Below, piece by piece: positions 1 to 12,129 of a stretch of 64,000 bases of DNA. Each line of letters opens with the position of its first letter. Position 1 is the stretch's first letter. Where the stretch lies: the NCBI RefSeq assembly GCF_018350175.1, contig NC_058381.1, forward strand, positions 60,636,001 through 60,700,000. The letters are read 5' to 3'. The notes under the pieces are model-generated. The model was not told the DNA's origin, did no database searches, and saw only the letters and a list, made by a program, of their open reading frames with translations. A program made the position numbers and the translations under genes. The DNA comes from Felis catus (lineage: Eukaryota).

Positions 1-210
1 GCACCCCTTCCGCTCCCACCCTGACCCAGGCGGCCCCAGGTAGCCCCACCCAGGACCCAGGCCTCTCCAAGTCAGAGTCCACAAACACTTCCTGGCTGCA
101 CTTCTCCGGCCCCCCACAAGAGGGCACCAGCATTCCAAAAGACTACTTTCAGCAGAGCTGGCAAGGTGCTGGGCGGCCTGGGCCGCAGAGGACCCCCGGA
201 TGCCACTCAC

Positions 211-599
211 CTGTCAGGTCCAGCTCCAGGGGGCCGGGGGCTGTGCTACACACCAGGGTCAGGCGGGTCACAACAACATTGGGGACGTTGGGGTCTGCGG
301 AGTGACAGCAGGTTAAAGCTCTACCCCACTAGTGACTTGCAGGATGGGGGAGGCAGCAGAAACCCCAAAATGACAGGGGTCCCTCTCAGCACTGCTTCAG
401 CCCACTTACCAGCAGACACAGCTACACGGCCCAACAGGGCCTCCTTGTACTTGCGCAGACTCTCATCATCCTTGTCCAGCTCCTGGATCTCCTGGATACT
501 CTTCTGGGCGGGGGGCTTATAGTTGACCGAGTGCTCGTCCTCCTCATTCTCGGCTGCAATCTGTGCTAGCTGCTCAGCTGTGGGCTCCTGCTCGGCCAT
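211..599 (-). CDS. ARHGDIA: Rho GDP-dissociation inhibitor alpha, first two coding exons (410-599, 211-294); gene continues past the window start
   Basis: ATG at 599. [63 protein letters not shown] joins in phase to [29 protein letters not shown] through GT-AG sites. Exon 2 acceptor at 630-631. Confidence 0.97.
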
Positions 600-1689
600 G
601 CTCACTTCCTCTAACTGGGTCTGGCACACCTGTGGGCAGGGACAGGGCTGTGGCAGCCTGAAGGGACCCATAGTGTCCACCTCTTCTGCCCCTCAGCGAG
701 CCCCACAGCCAGCACAAGTTCACTGTTGAAAAACCTCTGCAGGTAACCAGACTCTATATTTGGACCCCGGGGGATAGTTGCCTTCTGGAAGAAAGCAGCT
801 CCTAGCAGAGCTTTGCAAAAGGCCCAGACACAGACTCCTAAGGCCCAGAGGGAACCACAACTCCTTGCCCTGCCCACCTCGGGGACCTGCTGGGACAGTC
901 TGGACAGGGCATCCAGAACTAAGTGGGGCCTGGAGCCCGCTCCTCAGGGAGACCTGGCATACCTCTCCCACCCTGGGGGAAGAGACAGACCACCAGGCCC
1001 AACTGACAGGGCCCCTGCGGGGTCACTTCTAAAGTCCTGCTGTTCTTTTGGAGCTGCCTAGACCCTCTCCCCAAGGGACACCTCCTCCTGGGTCTCCCTG
1101 ACCAAGCACACTCCTTCGGCCTTGTTCTCACAGTGAAACAAGGCCTCACCTTGCAAACGCAGGGCTCTCCTGGAGCTCAGACGACCCAGCCAGCCTGAGT
1201 CCCACAGGTGGGTCCCAAAAGTCATGAGGAACCCTAACCATCAGCTAATGTTCTTTCCAACTGTGAGGGTTTGTGACCTGCCTATGCTTTCAGGACCCTC
1301 GTTCTGGATCCTGGCCCAGAAGAGCTTGGGACAGCGCTGTGGGAACAAGGAGCAGTGCATGAGGCTGGCTTCAGTTAGGGATCCCCATCGCACCCCGCTA
1401 GAATCTGAGAAGTAGCGGAAACCACTCAAGTCCTTCTGGGCGGTAAGGGAAGTGGGCCACAGCCCGGTCAGCACTAGACCTCAGGTTGCCCCAGAATGAA
1501 CACCAACGCCTCTCCCCACGGGACCAGCCTAGCAGCCCGGAGCTGCCCGAGCAGCAGACCTCACAAAGGGCCGCTGGGAACCCCGAGCCGGCCGGCCAGC
1601 CGGCCGCCACTGGTGGGGTGGGGCCCGCCCGCTTTTCCAGGCCTCACGGCCGCTTCCTCTTAAATTCCTCTAAAATGCTCACGCCCTAA

Positions 1690-2810
1690 CGCCACCCAAG
1701 TGCGGCCGCGGGCGACAGGCTCCTCCGAGTGCGATGGCCGCGGCCCACACTTCCTTCCGCGGGGCCCCGCAATCTGGGCGGGCAGGCGCGCCGCGCAGGG
1801 TGGGGTGCTCGGGAACCGGGCAGGGGCGCGGTGCCCACGCTTCCCTGGCCGGGTGCCGGGCCCACCACCCCCGGGGAGGGGCCGCAGGGCCCGGGTCCAG
1901 CCGGCGCGCATCGGCGGGGAGGGGGCGCCGCGGGACTCGGGCGGCGGCCCCAAAGGAGGCCCACACCGGCCCGCGCCCACCCCCGGCGGGCGGCGCGAAC
2001 AAAGGCACCGCACCCCCGGCCCCCGCGGCGCCCCCTCCCCAGCCCCGCCCCGCCCCGCCCCGCCCGCCGCCGCCGCCGCTCACCGGAGGCTCGACCGCGC
2101 CGCTCTCACGCTCCCTCCCGCACGGAATGACGAACGTCGCCGCCCCGCCCGCGCGCGCCCGGCCCGCCACTTCCGGGGTCACGCGACTTCCGCTCGCGCC
2201 GGGCGGCGGCGGAGGGCGCATGCGCGCGCGCGGGCTGCCGGGAGCGCGCCGCCACCATCTTGTGGAGCCGGCCTCGCGGGCGCGTCCCGCGAGGGCGGGG
2301 CCGCCTGGGGTCTTCGCGCCCTTCGCTTCCGCTGTTTTCCGGTCCGGGGCGGTCCTCGGGGCTCGGCCGCTCACCGTGGGCACGGGACAGCGTCGCAGCC
2401 TCCCGTGCGCCTTCCCCCGGCGCCCGTCCGTCGTGACATGTCCACGAGGTGCCGCGCGGGGGCGAGCCGGCGCTGTCGCCCCAGCCCCGGCCGTGGACGC
2501 GCGCCCCGAGCCCCCGTGCCGCACGGCCGGCGCCGCGGGAGGGGGTTCGATTCGGAGGCTCCCGGCGTGCGCTGTCCGCCGCCCCGGACGGAAGCGGGCC
2601 GGTGTCCGAGGCTGGCCGCGCGCCGGGTCGAGGGACAGTTCGTAGCAGCGGGAGGGACCTCGTGAAGCGCGAGGCCTTCTCGCGGTGCTCGAGTCCCTGA
2701 AGGACCCCCCCCCATCGGGGGCGCCCCCCGCCGTCGCCCCCTCCCGACCCGCGAGGCCAGGCGGGGAACCCACGCGCGGGGGGGGGGGGAGGGGGCGCGG
2801 TTTCGGCCGC
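1690..2810. promoter_or_regulatory. CpG-island promoter of ARHGDIA
   Basis: Very high CpG/GC content; CCGGAAGT (ETS/GABP, - strand) 2169-2176; NRF1 palindrome GCGCATGCGC 2216-2225; YY1-like CCATCTT near 2255; GC boxes. Confidence 0.85.
2084..2170 (-). other. ARHGDIA: Probable non-coding exon 1 of ARHGDIA (5' end approximate)
   Basis: CCG|GTGAGC donor at 2083 inside a CpG island, just downstream of ETS motifs. Confidence 0.65.
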
Positions 2811-3664
2811 GAACTTAATGCAAAACAGTAACCTTGGTTATCTTTTGGAGATTCTCTCCTATTTGAGGAACATTTGCGAATTTTGTGTAACTTAAGAGTC
2901 GCGCTGGCGGCTCCTTGTGCAGAGTTGAGCTGCCCCGAAGCAGAGCCTTGTGCGGCTCCCTGTCATTGGAGACCCAGGGTACCACGGACCACTGTCCCGC
3001 ACTGCTGGGTGGCTGGGTGAGGAGAGCGCTGCCCTCAGGTCACCCAAGTGCTTCAAAACAAAAGCAGAAAACCCTACTGTGGAAAATTCCAAACGTGCAT
3101 CTTGTTAGCAATCCGTGTGAGAACGTGCCCTGGAATTTAGCAGCCGCACACGCTTATTCTAGGGTTTCTGAGGATCAGGGCGCGGCTGAGCAGGTGCTCT
3201 GGCCCCCGCCTCTCAGGAGACTGCAGTCCAGCACGTGCTGCGACCAGGAGGCCCAGTTCCTCGTGGCTTGGGGAGTTAGTGCCCTGTCACCCGCAGCTCC
3301 CGGCTGTGCACAGGGCTGCTCCCGGGTGAGGCCTCGGAGACGGACAGGTGGACAGAGAGCAGGCGCAAGGGAGCCGGCAAGCACTCCAGACGCAGCCGCG
3401 GCGTCTCTTAGAAGCAAGGTCACTTCTGCCCTATTCTGGTCACACGGGCCTGCCCTAGTGCAGTGTGGGAGGGGGCCACCACATGCACCAAAGCGGAAGG
3501 AATGGGGTTGTGAACCCAGTGGGCCCGCTGCCTGGCTTCAGTCATTTTCAGCCGATGGCCTCTCTCGTTTCACCCGTGCCCTCCCCTCCTCCCCTCACAT
3601 GCAGCCAATTTGAAGCGAACCTCAGAGGTTATTTCCACCATAAATATGTCAGCGCTTCTTGTGG

Positions 3665-3824
3665 TTTTGTTTTGAGAGAGAGCGTGAGCGAGGGGCAGAG
3701 AGAGAGGGAGAGAGAGAATCCGGAAGCAGGGCTTGGGCTCACCCGATGGGGGCCTTGAACTCACAAACTGTGAGACCGTGACCCGAACCAAAGGTGGATG
3801 CTTAACCGCCTTGAGCCCGGCGCC
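3665..3824 (-). mobile_element. CAN-SINE (SINEC), diverged
   Basis: Reverse complement of the GGGCGCC head, tRNA-derived body and (CT)n tract. Confidence 0.8.
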
Positions 3825-3909
3825 CTATTTCAGCATGTATTTACTTCGAAGGAAAAAGATCCTTGGTGGGGGTAAACAGTAGCTGTGGTGCCACTGTTTC
3901 ACCTGTCCC

Positions 3910-4632
3910 ACGTCTCTGCTGCTGTGGACGGAACCACTCCAAAGCGGAGCGGTTTGGAGCAGCGGTTTACAGTTCTCTGGGTTCGGTGGGCTGGGTGAGC
4001 TCAGCGGGAGCTCTGCTGCAGCGACAGCCGGGTCGGGTCCATGCTGGGGCCAAACAAGGCTGGGCCGCCTAAGACAGAGCCACCGTGTGGTGCCCCGCCG
4101 AGGCTGCCGGCCGAGGCCGCTCCACACGACTCCTGTGGGATTGGGGCAGCCGGACCCCAAGAACCAATGTTCTGAAAGGCCCGCCCACGAGTCTTCGTGT
4201 GAACCCACTGGGAAGTGCCAGAACCAAACTTCTGCGGCCTTCCGCCGGTCAAGCCCGAGACTTGAGCCAGCCTAGGTTCAAGGGCAGGGAGTTAGACTCC
4301 ATCTCTCTCAATGGGAAGAAAAGCAAAGAACGCGTGGCCTCTGATCCAGCCACAGTGACCCCCATCCCCCTCTGCTAGGACACTGCCTCCCAGCACCCCC
4401 AAAAGTCTCATCCTACTCTGGCTTCAGCTCAGGGCACAGGTGAGAGGGCACAGGTGTGGTTTCTCTTCATCTGAAACCTGGGGCTCGAGACCCGGAAAAC
4501 CTGCCCCACAGCGCCCCACGAACCACCCATCTCGCCCTGACCTTCGCAGTCCGCGAGTGTGAGATAAAATGGTGTTTGCTTTACGCTAAGTTCTGGGTAA
4601 TCTCTCACAGAGCAGTTGGCACCTGGAATACC
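3910..4632. mobile_element. Old MaLR (MLT1-like) LTR fragments
   Basis: CCTAGGTTCAAGGGCAGGGAGTTAGACTCCATCTCT and GTGAGATAAAATGGTGTTTGCTTTACGCTAAGTTCTGGGTAAT resemble MLT1 motifs; family assigned by recall. Confidence 0.5.
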
Positions 4633-5034
4633 AACCAGGAAAAGTTAACGACGGTCCTAAACAGAATTAAAGATCCAAACGGTATTTTCCTTGATTGCCT
4701 TGTGAGTTCTTTCACGTTTTATTTGAACCTGAATCGAAGCTACGTGCATTGCAGTTAACGATACGTTAATGTCTCAGTCGATAGAATCATCCTCTCTCTG
4801 CTCCATGTGGTGTCGTGTTGAAGGATCCCGGGGTCCCATACAGTCTCCCGTGGCTGAGACCCGGCTGGTGGCCCCACACCACCGCCCTGACCAGTCCCTG
4901 TCCTCCGTCCTTCCTGTGGGGTGCAGTTCAAACCTGTGAGAACCAGACCCCTTCAAATGTGATGTAGCACATACTTCGCACCGTGACAAGGGAGCAGTGA
5001 CACTATTTTGAACCTTTTATCAAGTTAGCAAAGA

Positions 5035-5158
5035 GAGGCGCCTGAGTGGCTCGGTTGGTCGAGTGTCCGACTCTTGACTTGGCTCTGGTCATGATCTCGT
5101 GGTTCATGGCATCCAGCCCCACATTGGGCTTTTGCTGACAGCGTGGAGCATCCTTGGG

Positions 5159-5210
<52 letters not shown>

Positions 5211-5983
5211 CACCTCCCTCAAGCTTGCTCTCGCACGCTCTCTCAAAATAAATGAACATTAAAAAAAAAAAAAAAAGACAAATTAGCAAAGGACCTAAGG
5301 GATGTGAACACCCGGTATAACAGCCTGGCCATACCTGACCCGGGGGTGGCTGGTGGGGCTGGGAGCCTGCTGTGAAAATAAACCTTCCACTTTAGCATAA
5401 CCTTCAGGTGGTTTGGCTCAGCAAACAACATTTTTTGTAATCTTAAAGTTTACTTATTTATTTTGAGAGAGAGCGTGCGTTCATTCGAGCACGAGCAGGG
5501 GAGGGGCAGAGAAAGAGAGAGAATCCTGAGCAGGCTCCGCGCCAGCAGCACCGAGTCTGACGCTGGGTTCAAACTCACGAATGAACCATGAGCTCATAAC
5601 CTGAGCTGAGGTCAAGAGTCAGACACGTAGCTGACTGTGAGACACCCAGGCGCCCCAATCACATTGAAAAACCTACCCCGAGGAAATCACAGGGGGTGTG
5701 AGCAGAGGTTTGGGTACAAGACGGTTGGTTACTGCAGCATTTGTACGGCGGCAAACATTTCCGTAAAAGGGATCGAAAGGCATGGTCCAGCTGCAGAAAT
5801 GTCCCTGGATGGCCACGTGTCACAGGAATATCTACGTGGTAATTCATAAATACTAATACATAGTAATTAAAAAACCCTCTGAATTAAAACTTTTCATGAT
5901 TTAAATAAAAATGGTTAATAACATAGAATTTTTACAGCTTTTTAAAAATGCTTATTTATTTATTTTGAGAGAGAGAAGGAGGA

Positions 5984-6020
<37 letters not shown>

Positions 6021-8524
6021 CCCAAGCAGGTTCCACACTGTCAGCGCAGAGCCTGATATGGGGCTGGAACTCACGAACCGTGAGATCATGACCTGAGCTG
6101 AAACCAAGAGTTGGTCACTCAACCGACTGAGCCACCCAGGTGCCCCTACAGCTTTTTTCCCCCAAATGTTTATTTATTTATTTTGAGAGAGAGAGAGAGA
6201 GCAGGAGAGGGACAGAGAGAGAGGGAGAGAGCGAATTCCAAGCAGGCTTAGCGGACATTGCAGACCCAACTCGGGGGCTCGAACTCACAAACCGTGAGAC
6301 CACGACCTGAGCTGAAACCAAGAGCTGGTTGCCTAACGTGCCGAACCACCCAGGTGCCTTGTTTACAACTTTATCCAGGTATAATTGACAAAATCTGCTC
6401 ATGGACAGTTTATCATTCAATTATTTTTTGGTAAATTTGTCGGGTTGAATAAACATCATTACAGACTTTACCTTGAGCTCTTTGTCACTGATGCGTGCCC
6501 CCACCGTCACTCCCAGACCCTGGCACCTCTGTCCTGCTTCCTGTACCTATATATTTGCCTTTCCTGACCATTTCATGTCAGTGGCATTATACAACGAATG
6601 GTCCTACGGTGTCTTGTGATCCTGCCTAGAGCGATGTTTGTACATTCCATCTAAGGCACAGGATGTGCATGTTGTCCTGTTTATTGTGTAAGTATACCAC
6701 ACACATTTGTCTGCATTCCTTGGTAATTGATGGACTTTTCACTTCCGTTTGTCTGTTACGAACATTTGCATTGATCTTTGTGGGAACGTATGTTCATTTC
6801 TCTTGGCTAGATTCCCAAGAGCGGAATCCCCCCTGATTTCCAAGGTGGATGTACCATTTCACAATCCTGCCAGCAATACGAGAAGGTTCCACTCAGGCAC
6901 ACCCTTGACAATACGTGGCATTGTCTGTCTTCTGGATTAAAGCTGGGTGTGACGCGGTGTCTCCTTGTGGGTCTGCTTTGCAGCCCCTGATGAAGGGGCT
7001 TCTTGGTAAAACATCTACTCAAGCCTTTTGTCCATCTTTAAATTGGACTTTGGTATTCAGTTGTCACAGTAGTTACACATTCTGGAGAGGAGTCTTTTCT
7101 CACGTGTATGATTTGCAAATATTGTCCGTGGTGTGACTTTCATTTTCTTTTCTTTTTTATTTTTTTTTAAAATGCTTTATTTTATTTTTGAGACAGCACG
7201 AGCAGGGGAGCGGCAGAAAGAGAGACACAGAATCCGAAGCAGGCTCCAAGGCTCTGAGCTGTCAGCACAGAGGCCGATGTGGGGCTTGGACCCGTGAACT
7301 GCGAGATCACGACCTGAGCTGAAGCTGGACAGGTGCTCGACCCGCTGAGCCACCCAGGCGCCCCGACTTGCATTTTCTTGATAGTGTCTTCTGAAGACAA
7401 AACCTTTTATTTTAATGAAGTCTAACGTCATTTGTTTTGTTTTGTGTTTTGTTTTTTGTTCTTGTTTTTGCTTTTTTTCGTGGCTCACGCTTTTTGTGTT
7501 GCGTCTCAGAACTCTTTGCCTGAGCCAAAATTGTAAAGATTTCCTCCTCTATTTTTTTTTTTTTTTTGGTAGTTTTAGAATTTCAGCTTCCATTTAGGCC
7601 TGTAATCCATTTACAGTTTATTTTTGTGTATGGCATCAGTTAAGAGTCAAGGACCAATTGTTTTGTTTAGGGATATGTAATTGCTCCCGTACTTATCGAA
7701 AAGACTAATAATTTCCCCCATCAAAATGTCTTTGTTGGGGCGCCCGGCTGGGTCAGTCGAAGAGCATGTGACTCTTGATCTTGGGGTCTTGAGTTCGAGC
7801 CCCGCGTTGGGTTATATAAAAATGAATATATACATAAATACATTATATAAAGAACAAATAAACTTTAAAGTACATATGACACCCAGGGAATGCTCATCCC
7901 AACAAGTGCCCTCCTTAATGCCCATCCCCCATTTAGCCCCTCCTCCTCCCCTCCAGCAGTCCTCAGTTTGTTCTCTGTATTTAAGAGTCTCTTATGGTTT
8001 GCCCCTCTCTCTGTTTGAATCTTATTATTCTTTCCCTTCCCTTATGTTCATCTGTTATGTTTCTTAAATTCCACATATGAGTGAAATCGTATGATGCAGT
8101 ATTTGTCTTTCTCTGACTTATTTTGCTTAGCATAAAACACTGTAGCCATCAGCATTATTCTTTTCAAAATTGTTTTGCCTGTACAAGGTCCGTAAAATGT
8201 CCATATAATTTTTTTTAATTTTTAATGTTTATTTATTTATTTTTGAGAGAGAGACAGAGTGTGAGCAGGGGAGGGGCAGAGAGAGAGAGAGGGAAACGCA
8301 GAATCCGAAGCAGCTCCAGGCTCCGAGCAGTCACCACAGAGCCCAATGCGGGGCTCGAACCCACGAACCGTGAGATCATGACCTGAGCCGGAGTCAGACG
8401 CTTCACCGAGCCACAGAGGCACCCCTTTAAGATTTTATTTTTAAATAATCTCTGTACTCAATGTGGGGCTCCAACTCACAGCCCCGAGATACAGAGTTGC
8501 ACGCGTCACCCGCTGAGTGCCCCT
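5035..8524. mobile_element. SINEC cluster: + ~5035-5276; - ~5431-5656, ~5938-6146, ~6166-6359, ~7146-7363, ~8208-8425, ~8426-8524; short + copy at ~7737
   Basis: Repeated GGCGCCTGGGTGGCTCAG head, GAGTTCGAGCCCC B-box, (CT)n and poly-A tail, in both orientations. Confidence 0.88.
7860..8142 (-). mobile_element. Carnivore L1 3'-end fragment
   Basis: CCTCAGTTTGTTCTCTGTATTTAAGAGTCTCTTATGGTTTG...TTCCACATATGAGTGAAATC; closely related copies at 10.7-11.0 kb and (inverted) 15.3-15.5 kb. Confidence 0.8.
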
Positions 8525-8915
8525 AAAAGGGCACATTCTCCTATTTCTTTTGTGAACTGCCTGTTCGCGTCCTTGTGCATTTCCCAATGTTTAGTCTTCT
8601 TAGGTATTTTTTTTATTTGTATAAGTTTTTAAAAGCCCTCCCCACCCTTAACTTTTCTTTTTTTTATTTTTATTTTTTAACTTTAGTTTTAATTTTTGGG
8701 GGGCCTCTGCCTTCTCCATTTCACCTGCCAAGATAAAGACTCATTTTCAACACAACGCCACCAGTAACACACCTACCAAAATTAACAGTGCTTCTTAGTA
8801 TTATCAGATACTGAATGTTCACCTTTTCCCGGTCTCAAAACCCCTGTTCAGGCTGGTCTGTGTACATCAGGGTCCAGATGGAATCGACGCCATGCACTTG
8901 GACAGCGTGCTGCTG

Positions 8916-9660
8916 CGATGTTTTTCTTACACCGACCGTCCGAAACCACCCGGGTATCCCACGGTTCAAGTAAATTCTGATGCTCTCTGGAGGCTCAGTG
9001 CCACAAGAGGGCCCGGAGTCCAGACGCCACAGGAGGGGTGCCCAGGCTGCCCACGCTCTTGCCAGCAGACCGCAAATACGTGGGTTCCCATGACCCCCCC
9101 TCAGGTTTGGCTACTTGCTAAAACAACTCGCAGGACTCAGGAAAACACCTTATTTGCAGTTACCGGTTTATTATAAAGGCTGTGACTCGGGAACAGCTGA
9201 ATGCAAGAGAGGTAGAGGACTCGGTGGGGGCGGGGGCTGGGGCGTCCGTCCCCGCTGTGGGTGCAGTGCCCTCCCGGCTCCGCCCAGTGCCCACCAACCA
9301 GAAGCTGAACCCCGTCACTTGGGGCTTTTTTTAGAGGTTTCATTAAATGACAGGGTGGATTAAATCGTTAGCCATTGATGATTAACTCCATCTCCAAACT
9401 TCCCCCCTCCCCAGAGGTTGGGGTGGGGTGGGGCCGAAAGTCCCAGTCCCCTGATCATGGCTCGGACTTTCTGGTGACCAGCCCCCCACCCCGGAGCCAT
9501 CCGGAGGCCCCTAAGAGTCATCCCGTCAACATCGACTCTGGGACGGTGGAAGGGGGCTTGTCACAAAAACCGCTCCAATCATTGAGGAAACTCCAGGGGA
9601 TTTGGGAGCTCTGTGCCAGGAACCGGGGACAAAGACCAAATGTGTATTTACTATACCTCA
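8916..9660. mobile_element. MER21-like solo LTR
   Basis: CCCATGACCCCCCCTCAGGTTTG...ACTCAGGAAAACAC...CCGGTTTATTATAAAGG and TGTGCCAGGAACCGGGGACAAAGACCAAAT are motifs I recall from MER21. Confidence 0.6.
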
Positions 9661-10022
9661 GTCAAGTCACTTTCGTCTCCTTTTCTGTGCTTGTGGCGCT
9701 TAGGTGCGGAGGAAACCAACACGCTTGTGGTTGAGACTTTCCCATGGCCACCTCTGGATTTGCCAGACTGAACCCTCCAGGGCTGGTCCTGCGTGCCCCA
9801 GCTGATCTTCAGAGGGCTGTGGGCTTCCCACCGCTTCCCCTCAGGGGACCCTCTGTTTGTCCCACCTGTAGTGAGGTCCAGTAGGCTCCGGGACGTCAGG
9901 CTGGCCCGCCCCTCATCAGTCACCACATCAACCTTTCATCCAATGGCTTCAGCAGCCTCTGAGGATTATTTTTGGCATGTATTATTGGGCATCATAAAAT
10001 GGTGACTTTCTAATACTTCTGC

Positions 10023-10660
10023 ATTTCTTAGCTAGAATTCTTAAAAAATTTTTTTTAAATCTTTATTCATTTTTGAGAGACAGAGTATGAGCAGGGCACG
10101 GGTCAGAGAGAGAGCGAGACACAGAATCGGAAGCAGGCTCCGGGCTCCGAGCTGTCAGCACAGAGCCCAATGCGGGGCTCGAACTCATGAACCGTGAGAT
10201 CATGGCCTGAGCCGAAGTTGGATGCTCAACCGACTGAGCCATCCAGGCGCCCCTTAGCTGGGATTCTTTAAAAGAAACCTCGAGTCATCAGCTATTTAAC
10301 CCCTTCAAAATATAATTTGTATAGAAAAAAAAGATTAAATTTTGATTTTCTCCTTTCATTTTGCACGTTCTTAGAAAATATTAGAGCCCAAGTAACCTCC
10401 AAAGATGGACATTAAATGTTTTTTTAAAATAACTTTTAGGGGCGCCTGGGTGGCTCAGTCGGTTAAGTGTCTGACTTCAGCTCGGGTCATGATTGCACGG
10501 TTCGTGAATTCGAGCCTCACATCGGGCTCTGTGCTGACAGCTCGGAGCCTGGAACCTGCTTCGGATTCTGTGTCTCCCTCTCTCTCTGCCCGTGACCTGC
10601 TCACACTGTGTCTCTCAGAAAGTGAATAAATGTTAAAAAAATATATTAAAAATAAACACA
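10023..10660. mobile_element. Divergent SINEC pair (- ~10023-10253, + ~10439-10660)
   Basis: Two full-length SINEC copies arranged head-to-head. Confidence 0.88.
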
Positions 10661-10671
10661 TAAAATAACTT

Positions 10672-11006
10672 TTAAATTTTATTTAAATCCAAGTTAGTTA
10701 ACATAGAGTGTAATAATGACTTCAGGAGTAGAATTTAGAGATTCGTCAGTTACATACGCCACCCAGAGCTCATCCCAACAGTGCCCATCCCCCATTTAGC
10801 TCATCCCCCCACCCAACATCCCTCCAGCAACCCTCAGTTTGTTCTCCACATTTAAGAGTCGCTTATGGTTTGCCTCCCTCTCTGTTTTAATCTTATTTTT
10901 CCTTCCCTTCCCTTATGTTCATCTGTTTTGTGTCTTAAATTCCACATGAATGAAATCATATATTTATCTTTCTCTGGCTGACTTATATCGCTTACCACAA
11001 TACACT
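10672..11006 (-). mobile_element. Carnivore L1 3'-end fragment running into an N gap
   Basis: Same L1 3' UTR motif as 7860-8142. Confidence 0.8.
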
Positions 11007-11409
11007 NNNNNNNNNNNNNNNNNNNNNNNNNNNNNNNNNNNNNNNNNNNNNNNNNNNNNNNNNNNNNNNNNNNNNNNNNNNNNNNNNNNNNNNNNNNNNN
11101 NNNNNNNNNNNNNNNNNNNNNNNNNNNNNNNNNNNNNNNNNNNNNNNNNNNNNNNNNNNNNNCTTAAGTATGAACACTTGGATGTTTATATATTTGACAA
11201 GAACAACAACATCAAAAAGAAATGGTAAGTTTATGAAACCATTAATGGTACTTTGAATGGCTTGTTAATGATGGATATGTTCATCAAAAAACCTGGTGTG
11301 CTCACGTTAACATGCTAAACATTTTCTAGTTTCTTTTCACAACTTGCATAGGTTACATGAAGATCGACCCTGCCTAGCGTAGGCTAAATGATCACAGACA
11401 AGTTAATAT

Positions 11410-11790
11410 GTTTAAACATTTTTTTATTGTTTATTCATTTTTTGAGAGCGAGATGGGAAAAGAGCTTGAGTGGGGGAGGGGCAAAGAGAGCGAGGGAGAC
11501 ACAGGATCCGAAGCAGGCTCCAGGCTCCGAGCTGTCAGCACAGAGCCCGATGTGGGGCTTGAACCCACGAACTGGGAGATCATGACCTGAGCCGAAGTTG
11601 GATGCTCAACCGACTGAGTCACACAGGCGCCCCACAAATTGATATGTTTTAAATTAATGAATTGAGGGGTGCCTGGGTGGCTCAGTCAGCTGAGTGTTGA
11701 CTCTTGATCTCAGCTCAGGTCTTGAGCTCAGGGTTGTGAGATCAAGTCCCATGTCGGGCTCCATGCTGTGTAGCCTACTTAAGAAAAATG
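11410..11790. mobile_element. SINEC (- ~11410-11633) and short SINEC (+ ~11666-11790)
   Basis: SINEC head and body motifs. Confidence 0.82.
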
Positions 11791-11869
11791 AAATAATAAT
11801 AATTAATTAATTAATTAATGAGTTTATTTCTTGGTACTCTGAAGGTTTTGTTTCTGCATTAAAATCTTT

Positions 11870-12088
11870 TTTTTAATTTTTTTTTAGCGTTTATTTATTT
11901 TTGAGACAGAGAGAGATAGAGCATGAATGGGGGAGGGGCAGAGAGAGAGGGAGACACAGAATCGGAAGCAGGCTCCAGGCTCTGAGCCATCAGCCCAGAA
12001 CCCGACGCGGGGCTCGAACTCACGGACCGCGAGATTGTGACGTGAGCTGAAGTCGGACGCTTAATCGGACGCGCCACCCAGGCGCCCC
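11870..12088 (-). mobile_element. Young SINEC_Fc with 16-bp target-site duplication (TSD)
   Basis: TSD CTGCATTAAAATCTTT at 11854-11869 and 12089-12104. Confidence 0.93.
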
Positions 12089-12129
12089 CTGCATTAAAAT
12101 CTTTAATGACATACAACTTATCGCTATTT

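Noticed and set aside
600-680. 27-aa N-terminal extension of ARHGDIA in the ORF track
   Set aside because: It crosses the acceptor at 630-631 into intron 1.
1660-2773. Overlapping 300-360-aa ORFs on both strands
   Set aside because: Stop-poor CpG island; Arg/Pro/Gly/Ala low-complexity translations with no domain.
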